Shown: positions 9,295-18,904, numbered from the stretch's first letter. The stretch: 64,000 nt of DNA from Micromonosporaceae bacterium (GCA_035713725.1 DASTMZ010000008.1:8280-72279), one strand, 5' to 3'. Notes: generated from the sequence alone by a model not told the origin. Made by a program: numbers and translations.

Positions 9295-10036
9295 GTCGAC
9301 AACACCACCGTGGAACACCGGGGAGAAGCTGCTCGAGATCGACGACATCACGCTGCTCTACGGTCGCATCCAGGCGCTGCACGGCATCAGCCTGGAGGTC
9401 AACGCGGGGGAGATCGTGGCGCTGGTCGGCGCGAACGGCGCCGGCAAGACGACCACCATGCGCGCGGTGTCCGGGTTGCGGCCGATCGCCGCCGGGGCGG
9501 TCCGGTTCGAGGGCCGGGACATCACGAAGATGCGCGCCGACCTGCGTGTCGCGCTCGGGATCTGCCAGGCGCCCGAGGGCCGTGGCATCTTCCCGGGCAT
9601 GACCGTGCTGGAGAACCTCGAGATGGGTGCCTACATCCGCCGGGACGCCGCGGGAATCCGCGCCGATCTCGATCGGGTGTATTCGCTGTTCCCCCGGCTC
9701 GCCGAGCGCCAAAAGCAGGCCAGCGGCACGCTGTCCGGCGGCGAGCAGCAGATGCTCGCGGTCGGGCGGGCCTTGATGAGTCGACCGAAGCTGCTGCTCT
9801 TGGACGAACCGTCGATGGGGCTCGCGCCGATCTTGATCCAGCAGATCTTCTCGATCATCACCGAAATCAACCAGCAAGGCACCACGATCCTGGTCGTCGA
9901 ACAGAACGCACAGCAGGCGCTGTCTCGGGCACATCGCGCATACGTGCTGGAAACCGGCCGTATCGTCAAGAGCGGAACCGGTGCCGAATTGCTCCGGGAT
10001 CCGGCGGTGAAGGACGCCTACCTCGGCGTCGCCTGA
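9284..10036 (+). CDS. livF: Branched-chain amino acid ABC transporter ATP-binding protein LivF
   Basis: Walker A GANGAGKTT, signature LSGGEQQMLAVGRAL, Walker B LLLLDEPSMGL. Confidence 0.9.
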   Translation: MPPESTTPPWNTGEKLLEIDDITLLYGRIQALHGISLEVNAGEIVALVGANGAGKTTTMRAVSGLRPIAAGAVRFEGRDITKMRADLRVALGICQAPEGRGIFPGMTVLENLEMGAYIRRDAAGIRADLDRVYSLFPRLAERQKQASGTLSGGEQQMLAVGRALMSRPKLLLLDEPSMGLAPILIQQIFSIITEINQQGTTILVVEQNAQQALSRAHRAYVLETGRIVKSGTGAELLRDPAVKDAYLGVA

Positions 10037-10140
10037 CGTCCAGCCCGGCACCGGCGGGCGCGCTGACCGTCACGGTCGCACTGGGCGTCGACGACACCGA
10101 TCAGGCGTCGCGCAGGCCACGTCAACTCACGACTGAAGGA

Positions 10141-11052
10141 ATGATCCAGATGAAGCTCACTCGGAGTCGGGCGCTGATCAGCGTCGTCGGCACCATCGCC
10201 ATCGCGGCGTCGTTGGCGGCATGTGGCAGTTCGAACAATTCAAATGCGGGTGGCGCGAGCACGCCGACGATCGCGTCGTCGGTTGACCCGTCGCTCGCCG
10301 CGAAGGTGCCCGCGGCGATCAAGTCGAAGGGCACGATCCTCATCGGCACCGACTCGACCTACGCGCCGAGCGAGTTCCTCGCTCCCGATGGCAAGACCGT
10401 CGTCGGCTTCGACGTCGACCTGTTCAACGCGGTCGCGGGCAAACTCGGCCTGAAGACCCAGTGGCAATCGGCCAACTTCTCGGACATCATTCCCGGCGTG
10501 ACGTCCGGCAAGTACGACATCGGCGTCTCGTCGTTCACCATCAACGCCGAGCGCATGCAGCAGGTCACCATGGTGTCGTACTTCTCCGCCGGCACGCAGT
10601 GGGCGCAGCAGGCCGGTGGCTCGGTCGACCCGAACAACGCATGCGGCAAGAAGATTGCCGTGCAGACCGGCACGGTGCAGGTGGATGACATCACCGCACG
10701 CTCGAAGACCTGCACGACAGCCGGTAAGCCCGCGATCCACATCGACCAGTACCAGGCGCAGAGCGACGCGACCAATGCCGTCGTCACCGGAAAGGACGAC
10801 GCCATGCTCGCCGACTCTCCGGTGTCCGCGTACGCGGTCCAGAAGACCAACGGCCAGCTCGCGCTCCTCGGCACCATTTACGAATCGGCGCCGTACGGCT
10901 ACGTGTTGCCCAAGAACGAGACCGACTTCGGCAGCGCGATCGCAAGCGCCGTGCAGGCGCTCATCGCGGACGGTACGTACAACAAGATCCTCACGAAGTG
11001 GGGCGTGCAGGCCGGCGCGATCACCAATCCGACGGTAAACCCAACCCAGTGA
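10141..11052 (+). CDS. Polar amino acid ABC transporter substrate-binding lipoprotein (family 3)
   Basis: Lipobox SLAAC and family-3 SBP pattern (GTILIGTDSTYAPSEF...GFDVDLFNAVAGKLGL...SSFTINAERMQQV). An alternative ATG is at 10150. Confidence 0.85.
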   Translation: MIQMKLTRSRALISVVGTIAIAASLAACGSSNNSNAGGASTPTIASSVDPSLAAKVPAAIKSKGTILIGTDSTYAPSEFLAPDGKTVVGFDVDLFNAVAGKLGLKTQWQSANFSDIIPGVTSGKYDIGVSSFTINAERMQQVTMVSYFSAGTQWAQQAGGSVDPNNACGKKIAVQTGTVQVDDITARSKTCTTAGKPAIHIDQYQAQSDATNAVVTGKDDAMLADSPVSAYAVQKTNGQLALLGTIYESAPYGYVLPKNETDFGSAIASAVQALIADGTYNKILTKWGVQAGAITNPTVNPTQ

Positions 11053-11056
11053 TCTC

Positions 11057-12079
11057 ATGACCGCACCAACCTCGGAACGGGCACGGCCGGAAGCGATCAA
11101 GGCCGTGCCCGTTCGGCGCCCCTGGCGCTGGGTGGCGAGCGTCGTCGTGCTCGTGCTCGTCGCGATGTTCTTCCACATGATCTTCACGAACGATCACTTT
11201 GAGTGGAAGTTCATCTTCGTGAGTTCCGGCGAGGGGCAGCGGGGGGCGATGTTCACGCCGCCGGTGCTCGCTGGCCTCCGCGGCACGATCTACCTGACGA
11301 TCCTCGCGATGTTGATCGCTGTCGTGCTCGGCGTGATCCTCGCGATCATGCGACTGTCGCCCGGCCCGATCCTGAAGGGCGCGGCGTTCGTTTACATCTG
11401 GTTCTTCCGCGCCGTACCACTCATCGTGCTCGCCGTGCTCTTCGGCAACGTCGGCATCCTGTGGCGTCGATTCGGTCTGGGGCTACCGTTCGACCAACAG
11501 ATCGGCAACCTCTTCGGGGTGCACGACCTGAACGCGAAGTTCTACAGCCACTCGGCGATCGACCTGCTGTCCGGATTCATCGCCGGCATGCTCGCACTCG
11601 CGCTCTCCGAGGCCGCCTACATGGCAGAGATCGTCCGCGCGGGCATCCTGTCCGTCGACCCGGGTCAGACTGAGGCCGCCGCCGCGCTCGGCCTGTCCCG
11701 GCGGCAGACGCTGCGCCGCATCGTGTTGCCACAGGCGATGCGCGTCATCGTGCCGCCGACCGGCAACGAGACCATCGCGATGGTCAAAAACACCTCGTTG
11801 GTGGCGTACGTTCCGGTGAGCACGGAACTGTTCTTCCAGCTCCAGGCGATCGGCCACCGTACGTTCCAGGTGTTCCCCGTGCTGGTGGCGGCAGTAATCT
11901 GGTACCTGATCATTTGTACGATCCTGATGATCGCGCAGTATTACGTCGAGCGGTACTTCTCCCGCGGGTACGGCCAGAGCGGCCGCGGCCGACTCCACCT
12001 GCGCGATATCGCTGTCGAAAGCACCGGCCGAATCAGCGTGAAGCCGGCCGACGACACGGGCTCCGGAGGCAACACGTGA
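11057..12079 (+). CDS. Amino acid ABC transporter permease (HisM/GlnP type)
   Basis: EAA-type loop ([46 protein letters not shown]) and multiple TM helices. Confidence 0.9.
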   Translation: MTAPTSERARPEAIKAVPVRRPWRWVASVVVLVLVAMFFHMIFTNDHFEWKFIFVSSGEGQRGAMFTPPVLAGLRGTIYLTILAMLIAVVLGVILAIMRLSPGPILKGAAFVYIWFFRAVPLIVLAVLFGNVGILWRRFGLGLPFDQQIGNLFGVHDLNAKFYSHSAIDLLSGFIAGMLALALSEAAYMAEIVRAGILSVDPGQTEAAAALGLSRRQTLRRIVLPQAMRVIVPPTGNETIAMVKNTSLVAYVPVSTELFFQLQAIGHRTFQVFPVLVAAVIWYLIICTILMIAQYYVERYFSRGYGQSGRGRLHLRDIAVESTGRISVKPADDTGSGGNT

Positions 12080-12879
12080 GCGCGTCCGACATGATCGCGA
12101 TCCCCCCGCCGTCTAGCGACGGTCTGATGGTCCGCACGGATAACGTACACAAGTCGTTCGGGCACCTCGAGGTGCTGAAGGGCATCGATTTTGAGGTGCG
12201 GCCCGGCGAGGTGTCGGTCGTCGTCGGCCCGTCCGGCTCCGGCAAGTCGACATTCCTGCGATGCATCAACCACCTCGAAAAGATCAACGCCGGCCGCATC
12301 TGGGTGGACGGCGACCTGATCGGCTATCGCGAGCGCGGTGGCCGCCTGCACGAGATGCACGACAAGGACATTGCCTCGCAGCGGCGTGTGATCGGCATGG
12401 TGTTTCAGCGCTTTAATCTGTTCCCCCACATGACCGCGATGGGCAACGTCATGGAAGCCCCGTGCCGTGTGAAGCGGCTGTCCAAGTCGGACGCGCGTGA
12501 TCGCGCGACTGCGTTGTTGCGCCGCGTTGGGCTTGCCGACAAGATCGACACCTACCCCGGTCAACTGTCCGGCGGTCAGCAGCAGCGAGTGGCGATCGCG
12601 CGGGCACTCGCCATGGATCCGAAGCTGATGCTCTTCGACGAGCCGACGTCCGCGCTCGACCCCGAGCTGGTCGGCGAGGTGCTGGACGTAATGAAGGACT
12701 TGGCTCGCGAGGGCATGACGATGATCGTTGTCACCCATGAGATCGGCTTCGCCCGGGAGGTCGGCGAGAAGCTGACGTTCATGGACGACGGCGTAGTGGT
12801 GGAGTCCGGCCCGCCGCGCGACATCATCTCCAACCCGCAGCACGAGCGCACGAAGGCGTTCCTGTCCAAGGTCCTCTAG
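12076..12879 (+). CDS. Amino acid ABC transporter ATP-binding protein (GlnQ type)
   Basis: Walker [10 protein letters not shown], signature [15 protein letters not shown], Walker [16 protein letters not shown] at 12076 overlaps the permease stop (GTGA). Confidence 0.9.
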   Translation: MSASDMIAIPPPSSDGLMVRTDNVHKSFGHLEVLKGIDFEVRPGEVSVVVGPSGSGKSTFLRCINHLEKINAGRIWVDGDLIGYRERGGRLHEMHDKDIASQRRVIGMVFQRFNLFPHMTAMGNVMEAPCRVKRLSKSDARDRATALLRRVGLADKIDTYPGQLSGGQQQRVAIARALAMDPKLMLFDEPTSALDPELVGEVLDVMKDLAREGMTMIVVTHEIGFAREVGEKLTFMDDGVVVESGPPRDIISNPQHERTKAFLSKVL

Positions 12880-12897
12880 CGTTCCAAGGTCCTCTGA
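12863..12897 (+). repeat. 18 bp tandem duplication that includes the stop codon of the ABC ATPase gene
   Basis: TCCAAGGTCCTCTAG cgt TCCAAGGTCCTCTGA. Copy 1 ends in the real stop (TAG at 12877-12879) and copy 2 ends in TGA. Confidence 0.85.
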
Positions 12898-13122
12898 CCG
12901 ACGGCGGGACACGGTCGTTGGCCTGCGTGCCGTGCAGTGTTGTTTGTCTCAGGCGTTCGAGTCTCGCGCCCATGATCCGTTAAAATCGTTCGCGCGGCGG
13001 TGGGGCTCGCCGCGTCCGCTTCTTGCTCCGCGCACCGCGCGACCCGCGGCCGGCAGCGAATCGGACTAACCGCGACGCTTGCGCCAACGGTCCCTGCTGG
13101 ACCACACGGTAGGAGACCTCGC

Positions 13123-13800
13123 ATGGACGCCATGCCCGGCCGCCGGATGCGCGCGCGCCAATCGCCCGATGACCGCAACTTGGATGGGCGCACGGTGGAT
13201 CATCGCAAGCTGGACCGCCGCAAGCTGGATCATCGGATGCTGGATCACGGCATGCTGGATCACTACACGGTGAGTCCCGGTGGGCTGGATCACCGGCTGC
13301 CCACCGACTCGGACGTCGATCTTCACGTCGAGCGGCAGCGCTCCGAACTGCTGCGCGCTCCGTGGGCGGTGCTCACCGCCATCGCGGTCGGTGGCGCGCT
13401 CGGATCACTCGCACGGTATGGCCTCGCGGTCGCGTTTCCGCCACCGCCGGCCGGCTTTCCGTGGGCGACGTTCGCGGTGAACGTGTCCGGTGGCCTGCTG
13501 ATCGGGATCCTCATGGTGCTCGTGACCGACGTGTTCGACGCGCACCCGTTGGTCCGTCCACTGCTCGGGGTCGGCGTGCTCGGCGGCTTCACGACGTTCT
13601 CGACCTACGTCGTGGACATCCAACGCATCGTGAACGCCGGTGCGGCCGGGACCGCGCTCGCATACCTGCTTGGCACGCTCGTCGCTGCGCTCGCCGCGGT
13701 CTACCTAGGCATCGCCGTGACGCGGCGCGCGCTGCGCGGTCGCCCCTCCGAGGAACCCGACGTCGATTCGTTGCGCGTGGCCGAGGAGGTCCGGTCGTGA
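13123..13800 (+). CDS. crcB: Fluoride ion channel CrcB/FluC, subunit 1, with a repeat-containing N-terminal extension
   Basis: The C-terminal 130 aa is CrcB-like (GGALGSLARYG...WATFAVNVSGGLLIG...GVLGGFTTFSTY). ATG at 13123 is preceded by GGAG. The true start could lie later, near 13368, which would leave the repeats untranslated. Confidence 0.75.
   Translation: MDAMPGRRMRARQSPDDRNLDGRTVDHRKLDRRKLDHRMLDHGMLDHYTVSPGGLDHRLPTDSDVDLHVERQRSELLRAPWAVLTAIAVGGALGSLARYGLAVAFPPPPAGFPWATFAVNVSGGLLIGILMVLVTDVFDAHPLVRPLLGVGVLGGFTTFSTYVVDIQRIVNAGAAGTALAYLLGTLVAALAAVYLGIAVTRRALRGRPSEEPDVDSLRVAEEVRS
13177..13296 (+). repeat. 15 bp tandem repeat x8 (CTGGATCA core), in frame with the crcB 5' extension
   Basis: The hexamer (T/G/C)TGGA(T/C) recurs at 13180, 13195, 13210, 13225, 13240, 13255 and 13285, and a degenerate seventh unit at 13270 completes the 15 bp periodicity. 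It encodes xLDHx pentapeptides (KLDRR KLDHR MLDHG MLDHY). Confidence 0.9.
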
Positions 13801-14171
13801 CGGTGCTGCTCGTCGTGGTCGGCGCGATCGTGGGTGCGCCCATGCGCTACCTCACCGATCGCGCGGTCCAGGCACGCCACGACTCGGTCTTCCCGTGGGG
13901 CACGCTCGCGGTGAACGTAGCGGGCTCGTTCATCCTCGGGCTGCTGGTCGCCGGTGCGGCAACCCACGGGGTGTCGGCGCACGTCGTCGCATTGGTGGGT
14001 ATGGGATTCTGCGGCGCATTGACTACGTACTCGACGTTCAGCTACGAGACCGTACGGCTGGCGCAGGAGGGCGCGCGGTTCTACGCGGTCGCCAATGTGG
14101 TGGCGAGCGTGGTCGCCGGGCTGGGAGCGGCGTTCTTCGGTGCCGCGGTCGCGCAGGCGATCTGGGGCTGA
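13797..14171 (+). CDS. crcB: Fluoride ion channel CrcB/FluC, subunit 2
   Basis: 124 aa with the CrcB pattern (GAPMRYL...WGTLAVNVAGSFILG...GFCGALTTYSTFS). GTG at 13797 overlaps the upstream stop (GTGA). Confidence 0.9.
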   Translation: MTVLLVVVGAIVGAPMRYLTDRAVQARHDSVFPWGTLAVNVAGSFILGLLVAGAATHGVSAHVVALVGMGFCGALTTYSTFSYETVRLAQEGARFYAVANVVASVVAGLGAAFFGAAVAQAIWG

Positions 14172-14228
14172 GACCTATCTGGCCGAACGGCCGGCCGGGT
14201 CAGGTGGCCCGACCTCGGGCACCCGCGC

Positions 14229-15068
14229 GTGGCGAGGCATGATGGCACCATGCCGGCCACCGAACCCATCCCGACGCCGCCGATCCCGACACCCAGCGGC
14301 GGAGCGGATTTCACGACCGACGACTTTCTGGCGCGTGTTCCGGAAGCGCGTGCGCTGAAGCTTCGCGTCGTCGGTATCGAGGACACCGGTACGGCGACCC
14401 GCAGCGTCACCTTCGCCAGCGACGATCTCACCGGTTTCGGGTACGCGCCAGGGCAGGATCTGATGGTCCTCGTCGACACCAGTGGCGGGCGAATCATCCG
14501 CCGCCGCTACACCATCCGGCGCCTCGACGTCGCGGACAACGTGGTCGAGCTCGTCATGATCACCGACAGCGGTGGTCCCGGTGGCCGATGGGCCCGCGAA
14601 CTGCGGGTCGGTGACGACGTCGAGGGGATCGGACCACGTGGCAAGATCACACTGTCCGGCACTGCCGAGTGGCACTTGTTCATCGGAGACGACGTCGCGG
14701 TGCCTGCTTTCGGCGCGATGATCGAGGCGCTGCCGGCCGGTCGCCGCGCCATCTTGATCGCGGAGGTGGCGAGCGCGGGCGACGAATCCAAGATCGATCC
14801 AGCTCGCCCGATCGACCTCGACGTGATCTGGCACCACCGCGACGGCCGTGCGCCGGGCGACAGTCGGGCGCTGGTGGCCGCTGCCCGGGACGTGCCGCTG
14901 CCGGATGGTCCGGGTCATGGGTACGTGTTCGGGGAGACGTCGCTCGTCAGCGCCGTTCGCGATGTACTGATCTCGCGCGGACTAACCGCCGATCAGATAT
15001 CCGCGAAGGCGTACTGGGGGAAAGGCCGTGCCAACGCCAGCCACGGCGAGCCGTTGAAGGACCGGTGA
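14229..15068 (+). CDS. Siderophore-interacting protein (FAD-binding_9/SIP, ViuB-like ferric-siderophore reductase)
   Basis: RRYTIRR FAD-binding motif, GPGGRWA, FIGDDVAVPAF, and the C-terminal YWGKGR motif typical of SIP proteins. An alternative start is ATG at 14250. Confidence 0.8.
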   Translation: MARHDGTMPATEPIPTPPIPTPSGGADFTTDDFLARVPEARALKLRVVGIEDTGTATRSVTFASDDLTGFGYAPGQDLMVLVDTSGGRIIRRRYTIRRLDVADNVVELVMITDSGGPGGRWARELRVGDDVEGIGPRGKITLSGTAEWHLFIGDDVAVPAFGAMIEALPAGRRAILIAEVASAGDESKIDPARPIDLDVIWHHRDGRAPGDSRALVAAARDVPLPDGPGHGYVFGETSLVSAVRDVLISRGLTADQISAKAYWGKGRANASHGEPLKDR

Positions 15069-15132
15069 CACTGCTTCGCGACATTTGGTCGGTGACATTT
15101 GGTCGGTGACATTGCTCCGTGACATTGCTTCC
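15065..15132. repeat. 13-14 bp tandem repeat x5 (GTGACAT core) starting on the SIP stop codon
   Basis: GTGACActgcttc GCGACAtttggtcg GTGACAtttggtcg GTGACAttgctcc GTGACAttgcttcc. The unit length is not divisible by 3. The array ends 26 bp before the DUF2630 start. Confidence 0.9.
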
Positions 15133-15157
15133 CGGACGGCGCGACTTGGAGGTTGCC

Positions 15158-15403
15158 ATGCAGGACGGAACGATTCAGCAGCGCATCTCGGACCTGGTCG
15201 CCGAGGAGCACACGCTGCGCCGAGCGATGCAGGACGGCCAGATCAACACCGACACCGAGCATGCGCGGTTGCGCCAGCTCGAGGTCGAACTCGACCAGTG
15301 CTGGGACCTGCTGCGCCGTCGCCGAGCGGCCCGCGACAACCGGGAGAATCCGGACAGTGTCGCGGTACGGCCGGCAAGCGAGGTGGAGGGGTACCGCCAG
15401 TAG
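15158..15403 (+). CDS. DUF2630-family protein
   Basis: 81 aa, MQDGTIQQRISDLVAEEHTLR...HARLRQLEVELDQCWDLLRRRRA, typical of the small actinobacterial DUF2630 family. GGAGG RBS lies 6 nt upstream. Confidence 0.7.
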   Translation: MQDGTIQQRISDLVAEEHTLRRAMQDGQINTDTEHARLRQLEVELDQCWDLLRRRRAARDNRENPDSVAVRPASEVEGYRQ

Positions 15404-15607
15404 TGTTCCGCAACGACCGTCAATGGCGTCCTCGATTGATCATTGTATGACTGTGGTGGGGAGCGTTGGTGGTTGATCGAAAGCGCTGTCGATGATCAGC
15501 AGCGTTGCCGTTGATCAATTTCGCTCGATCCGCTCGCTGTAGTACGCCTGTGGTTGCGGTCACGCCGTAGGCGAACGGGGCGGGGGAACAACGCGGGGTC
15601 GCCCGGA

Positions 15608-15628
15608 CTTGAGCGTGAATGACTCAAG
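15608..15628. promoter_or_regulatory. HAIR (HspR-associated inverted repeat) operator upstream of lon
   Basis: CTTGAGC-N7-ACTCAAG versus the consensus CTTGAGT-N7-ACTCAAG. It lies 25 bp upstream of the lon ATG. Confidence 0.7.
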
Positions 15629-15652
15629 TTCTGACGATCGCTGAGGTGTTCC

Positions 15653-18025
15653 ATGGCTAACTTCCCCGTTCTCCCGCTCGTCGACCAGGTGCTGCTGCCG
15701 GGCATGGTGGTTCCGGTGACGCTGGACGGCGGCACCCAGGCGGCGATCGATGCCGCTCGGGCCAGCGCCGATAACACCGTGCTCGCGGTGCCTCGGTTGG
15801 ACGGCGAATACGGCTCGGTCGGCACGATCGCGAAGATCGAGCAGGTCGGGCGTTTGTCCAGCGGCGAGGCAGCCGCGGTGGTGCGCGGCGTGTCCCGTGC
15901 GCGGATCGGCTCCGGCGTGCCCGGACCCGGTGCTGCGCTCTGGGTCGAAGCGAATCCCATCGACGAGCCCGAACCGACCGGCCGCACCCGTGAGCTGGCT
16001 CGCGAATATCAGGCGCTGGTGACGTCCGTGCTGCAGAAGCGTGGCGCGTGGCAGGTCATCGACGCCGTCGAGCGGATGACCGACCTATCCGAGCTTGCGA
16101 ACTCCGCGGGCTACGCGCCATGGCTCACGCTCGCCCAGAAGGCCGAGTTGCTGAACACGGACGACCTCACCGAGCGGTTCGAAAAGCTCGTCGGCTGGGT
16201 GCGCGATCACGTGGCCGAGCAGGAGGTCAACGAAAAGATCACCGAGGACGTCAAGGAAGGCATCGAGAAGGGCCAGCGCGAGTTCCTGCTCCGCCAGCAG
16301 CTCGCCGCGATCCGCAAGGAGCTCGGCGAGGGCGAGCCGGACGGTGCGGACGACTACCGTACCCGCGTCGAGGCGGCCGATCTGCCGGACAACGTACGGG
16401 AGGCGGCGCTGCGCGAGGTGGGCCGGTTGGAGCGCGCCAGTGACGCGTCACCGGAGTCCGGCTGGATCCGCACCTGGCTCGACACGGTTCTCGAGATGCC
16501 GTGGACGACGCGTACCGAGGACAACACCGACCTGACCGAGGCGCGCTCGATTCTGGACGCCGACCACGCGGGCCTTGCCGACGTGAAGGACCGCATCCTC
16601 GAATACCTGGCGGTACGCAACCGCCGGGCGGCCCGTGGGCTGCACGTCGTCGGCGGCCGTGGCTCGGGTGCCGTGCTGGCGCTCGCCGGCCCGCCCGGCG
16701 TCGGCAAGACCAGCCTCGGCGAGTCCGTGGCACGCGCGCTCGGACGCAAGTTCGTGCGTGTCGCGCTCGGCGGCATCCGCGACGAGGCAGAGATTCGCGG
16801 ACACCGGCGCACGTACGTCGGCGCACTGCCCGGCCGCATCGTGCGCGCGATCCGGGAGGCCGGCTCGATGAATCCGGTGGTGCTGCTCGACGAGGTCGAC
16901 AAGGTCTCGCCGGGGTACGCCGGCGATCCGGCCGCAGCGCTGCTCGAGGTGCTGGACCCGGCGCAGAACCACACGTTCCGCGATCACTACCTCGAGGTCG
17001 ACCTCGACCTGTCGGACGTGCTGTTCCTGGCGACCGCGAACGTCGCGGAGAACATCCCCGGCCCGCTGCTGGACCGCATGGAACTGGTCGCACTCGACGG
17101 ATACACCGAGGACGAGAAGGTCGCGATCGCACGCGATCACCTGTGGCCGCGCCAGCTCGACCGTGCTGGTCTCGCGGACGGCGGCGTCACGATCGACGAC
17201 GAGGCGTTGCGCCGAATCGCGGCCGAATACACCCGCGAGGCAGGGGTGCGTCAGCTCGAACGCGCACTGGCACGAATCCTGCGCAAGGTCGCCGTGAAGC
17301 TCGCCGACGACCAGTCAACGGTGCAGATCGGCGGCGACGACCTGGTGCCGTATCTCGGCCGGCCGCGCTTCGAATTCGAGTCGGCGGAGCGGACCGCGGT
17401 GCCCGGCGTCGCGACCGGTCTCGCGGTCACCGGCGCCGGCGGCGACGTGCTCTTCATCGAGGCAACTGCGATGGAGGGCGAGGGTGGCCTCACGCTTACC
17501 GGCCAACTCGGTGACGTGATGAAGGAGTCGGCCCAGATCGCGCTGTCCTATCTGCGCTCGCACGGCGCGGAGCAGGGCATCGACGTGGGTACGCTGTCCG
17601 GCCGCCGGCTGCACGTCCACGTGCCGGCGGGCGCCGTGCCGAAGGACGGGCCGAGTGCGGGCATCACGATGGTCACGGCTCTCGCGTCGCTCGCGTCCGG
17701 CCGGCCGGTGCGACCGGAGGTCGGCATGACCGGCGAGGTCACGCTGTCGGGTCGGGTGCTCCCGATCGGTGGCGTGAAGCAGAAGCTGCTCGCCGCGCAC
17801 CGTGCCGGACTCACCGAGGTCATCATCCCGGCGCGCAACGAACCGGACCTGGACGACCTGCCGGAGGAGATCCGCGGCGAGCTGACCGTGCATCCGGTCC
17901 GCGAGGTCACCGAGGTGCTGGCGCTCGCGCTGCGGCCGGCCGGCGTCGGTGTCGATCCGGGCATCGTGCCGGACGACGCCCGCGACATTGCCGACGGACG
18001 TACGCCATTCGCGCCCGCCGCTTAG
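15653..18025 (+). CDS. lon: ATP-dependent Lon protease (endopeptidase La)
   Basis: 790 aa with the LON N-domain, AAA+ Walker [10 protein letters not shown], and a protease domain containing [15 protein letters not shown] (catalytic Ser). Confidence 0.97.
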   Translation: MANFPVLPLVDQVLLPGMVVPVTLDGGTQAAIDAARASADNTVLAVPRLDGEYGSVGTIAKIEQVGRLSSGEAAAVVRGVSRARIGSGVPGPGAALWVEANPIDEPEPTGRTRELAREYQALVTSVLQKRGAWQVIDAVERMTDLSELANSAGYAPWLTLAQKAELLNTDDLTERFEKLVGWVRDHVAEQEVNEKITEDVKEGIEKGQREFLLRQQLAAIRKELGEGEPDGADDYRTRVEAADLPDNVREAALREVGRLERASDASPESGWIRTWLDTVLEMPWTTRTEDNTDLTEARSILDADHAGLADVKDRILEYLAVRNRRAARGLHVVGGRGSGAVLALAGPPGVGKTSLGESVARALGRKFVRVALGGIRDEAEIRGHRRTYVGALPGRIVRAIREAGSMNPVVLLDEVDKVSPGYAGDPAAALLEVLDPAQNHTFRDHYLEVDLDLSDVLFLATANVAENIPGPLLDRMELVALDGYTEDEKVAIARDHLWPRQLDRAGLADGGVTIDDEALRRIAAEYTREAGVRQLERALARILRKVAVKLADDQSTVQIGGDDLVPYLGRPRFEFESAERTAVPGVATGLAVTGAGGDVLFIEATAMEGEGGLTLTGQLGDVMKESAQIALSYLRSHGAEQGIDVGTLSGRRLHVHVPAGAVPKDGPSAGITMVTALASLASGRPVRPEVGMTGEVTLSGRVLPIGGVKQKLLAAHRAGLTEVIIPARNEPDLDDLPEEIRGELTVHPVREVTEVLALALRPAGVGVDPGIVPDDARDIADGRTPFAPAA

Positions 18026-18038
18026 GTGCCCGCGTTTC

Positions 18039-18055
18039 GGGCTGACCGTCAGCCC
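18039..18055 (+). terminator. Short hairpin after lon
   Basis: GGGCTGAC c GTCAGCCC palindrome 14 bp after the lon stop. No T-tract follows. Confidence 0.3.
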
Positions 18056-18073
18056 TGTCGGGCAAGCCACACA

Positions 18074-18110
18074 CGTACCGTTCATATAGAGCCGTACCGT
18101 TTATAGAGAG
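18074..18110. repeat. AT-rich direct repeat x2 (CGTACCGTTYATAKAGAG) downstream of lon
   Basis: cgtaccgttcatatagag / ccgtaccgtttatagagag. It is followed by a 12 bp-stem hairpin at 18114-18154. Confidence 0.7.
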
Positions 18111-18247
18111 AAGGCGAACGCCGCGCCGCCCGCAACGGGTGACGCGGCGTTCGCGTGCGTGGGGTTGACAGCCGTCCGGAGCGCCGACCACCCTGGCCCG
18201 AGGCCGCGTTGGTCCACGATGGACGACGCCGGACGGGGGAGGTGTCT

Positions 18248-18829
18248 GTGGGTCGCGCCGCGCAACGGGTCGGTGTATGTGTGGCGGCCGCCGGGATCTG
18301 CTTGATCGCCGCGTGTACGTCTCCGCCCGACACGTCGAAGCCGGTCTCGGTCGGCACCGGCGGCCCGAGTCCCAGCGTTGACCAGGCGAAGGTGCTCGCC
18401 GTGTTCGACGGCTTCATGAACACGTACGTCGGGGCATACGACAGCCCGGATCCGGCGAACGCCGAAGGGAAGCTGTCTGCGTTCGGTGGTGTCAGCGGCG
18501 GCGGTGTCGACGTCGGCCTGCAGAGCGCGTCGTCGGGACACGTGGCCGCGACCGGCAAACCGTCATGGACGACGCCGACCGTCAGCCTCGACCTGCCGCA
18601 CGGCCAGGCCACCGCGACGACCTGCTTCGACCCGGCCACGTGGCACACCGTCAACGCGCGGACACACCGACCGGCAAAGCCACCGGCCAGCGACGGTGAC
18701 GGGATGCCACGGCCGTCGTACCCGGGCGACGCCCCCGGCGCGTACGTGGTCGTGACGACGTTCTATCAGGACGACTCGGGCAACTGGTTCGTGTTCGCGA
18801 CCGTCGCGCACCGATCCGCGTCTTGCTGA
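18248..18829 (+). CDS. Hypothetical lipoprotein
   Basis: GTG is preceded by GGAGG. Signal peptide with lipobox LIAAC. No family is recognised. Confidence 0.6.
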   Translation: MGRAAQRVGVCVAAAGICLIAACTSPPDTSKPVSVGTGGPSPSVDQAKVLAVFDGFMNTYVGAYDSPDPANAEGKLSAFGGVSGGGVDVGLQSASSGHVAATGKPSWTTPTVSLDLPHGQATATTCFDPATWHTVNARTHRPAKPPASDGDGMPRPSYPGDAPGAYVVVTTFYQDDSGNWFVFATVAHRSASC

Positions 18830-18904
18830 GATTGTCGGCATCCGACCAATCCGTCGCCTCTGGACACGCACGTATTGATGCCAGACAATCGGTGTCGACT
18901 CCCA

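Noticed and set aside
12990-13122. Possible fluoride (crcB-motif) riboswitch upstream of crcB
   Set aside because: GGCGGTGGGGCTCGCC loosely resembles the P1 region. However, the conserved GAUG adenine is absent, no CUGAUGAU.CCUAC 3' segment or pseudoknot partner is present, and the spacing is far too long. Not supportable by eye; a covariance-model search is needed.
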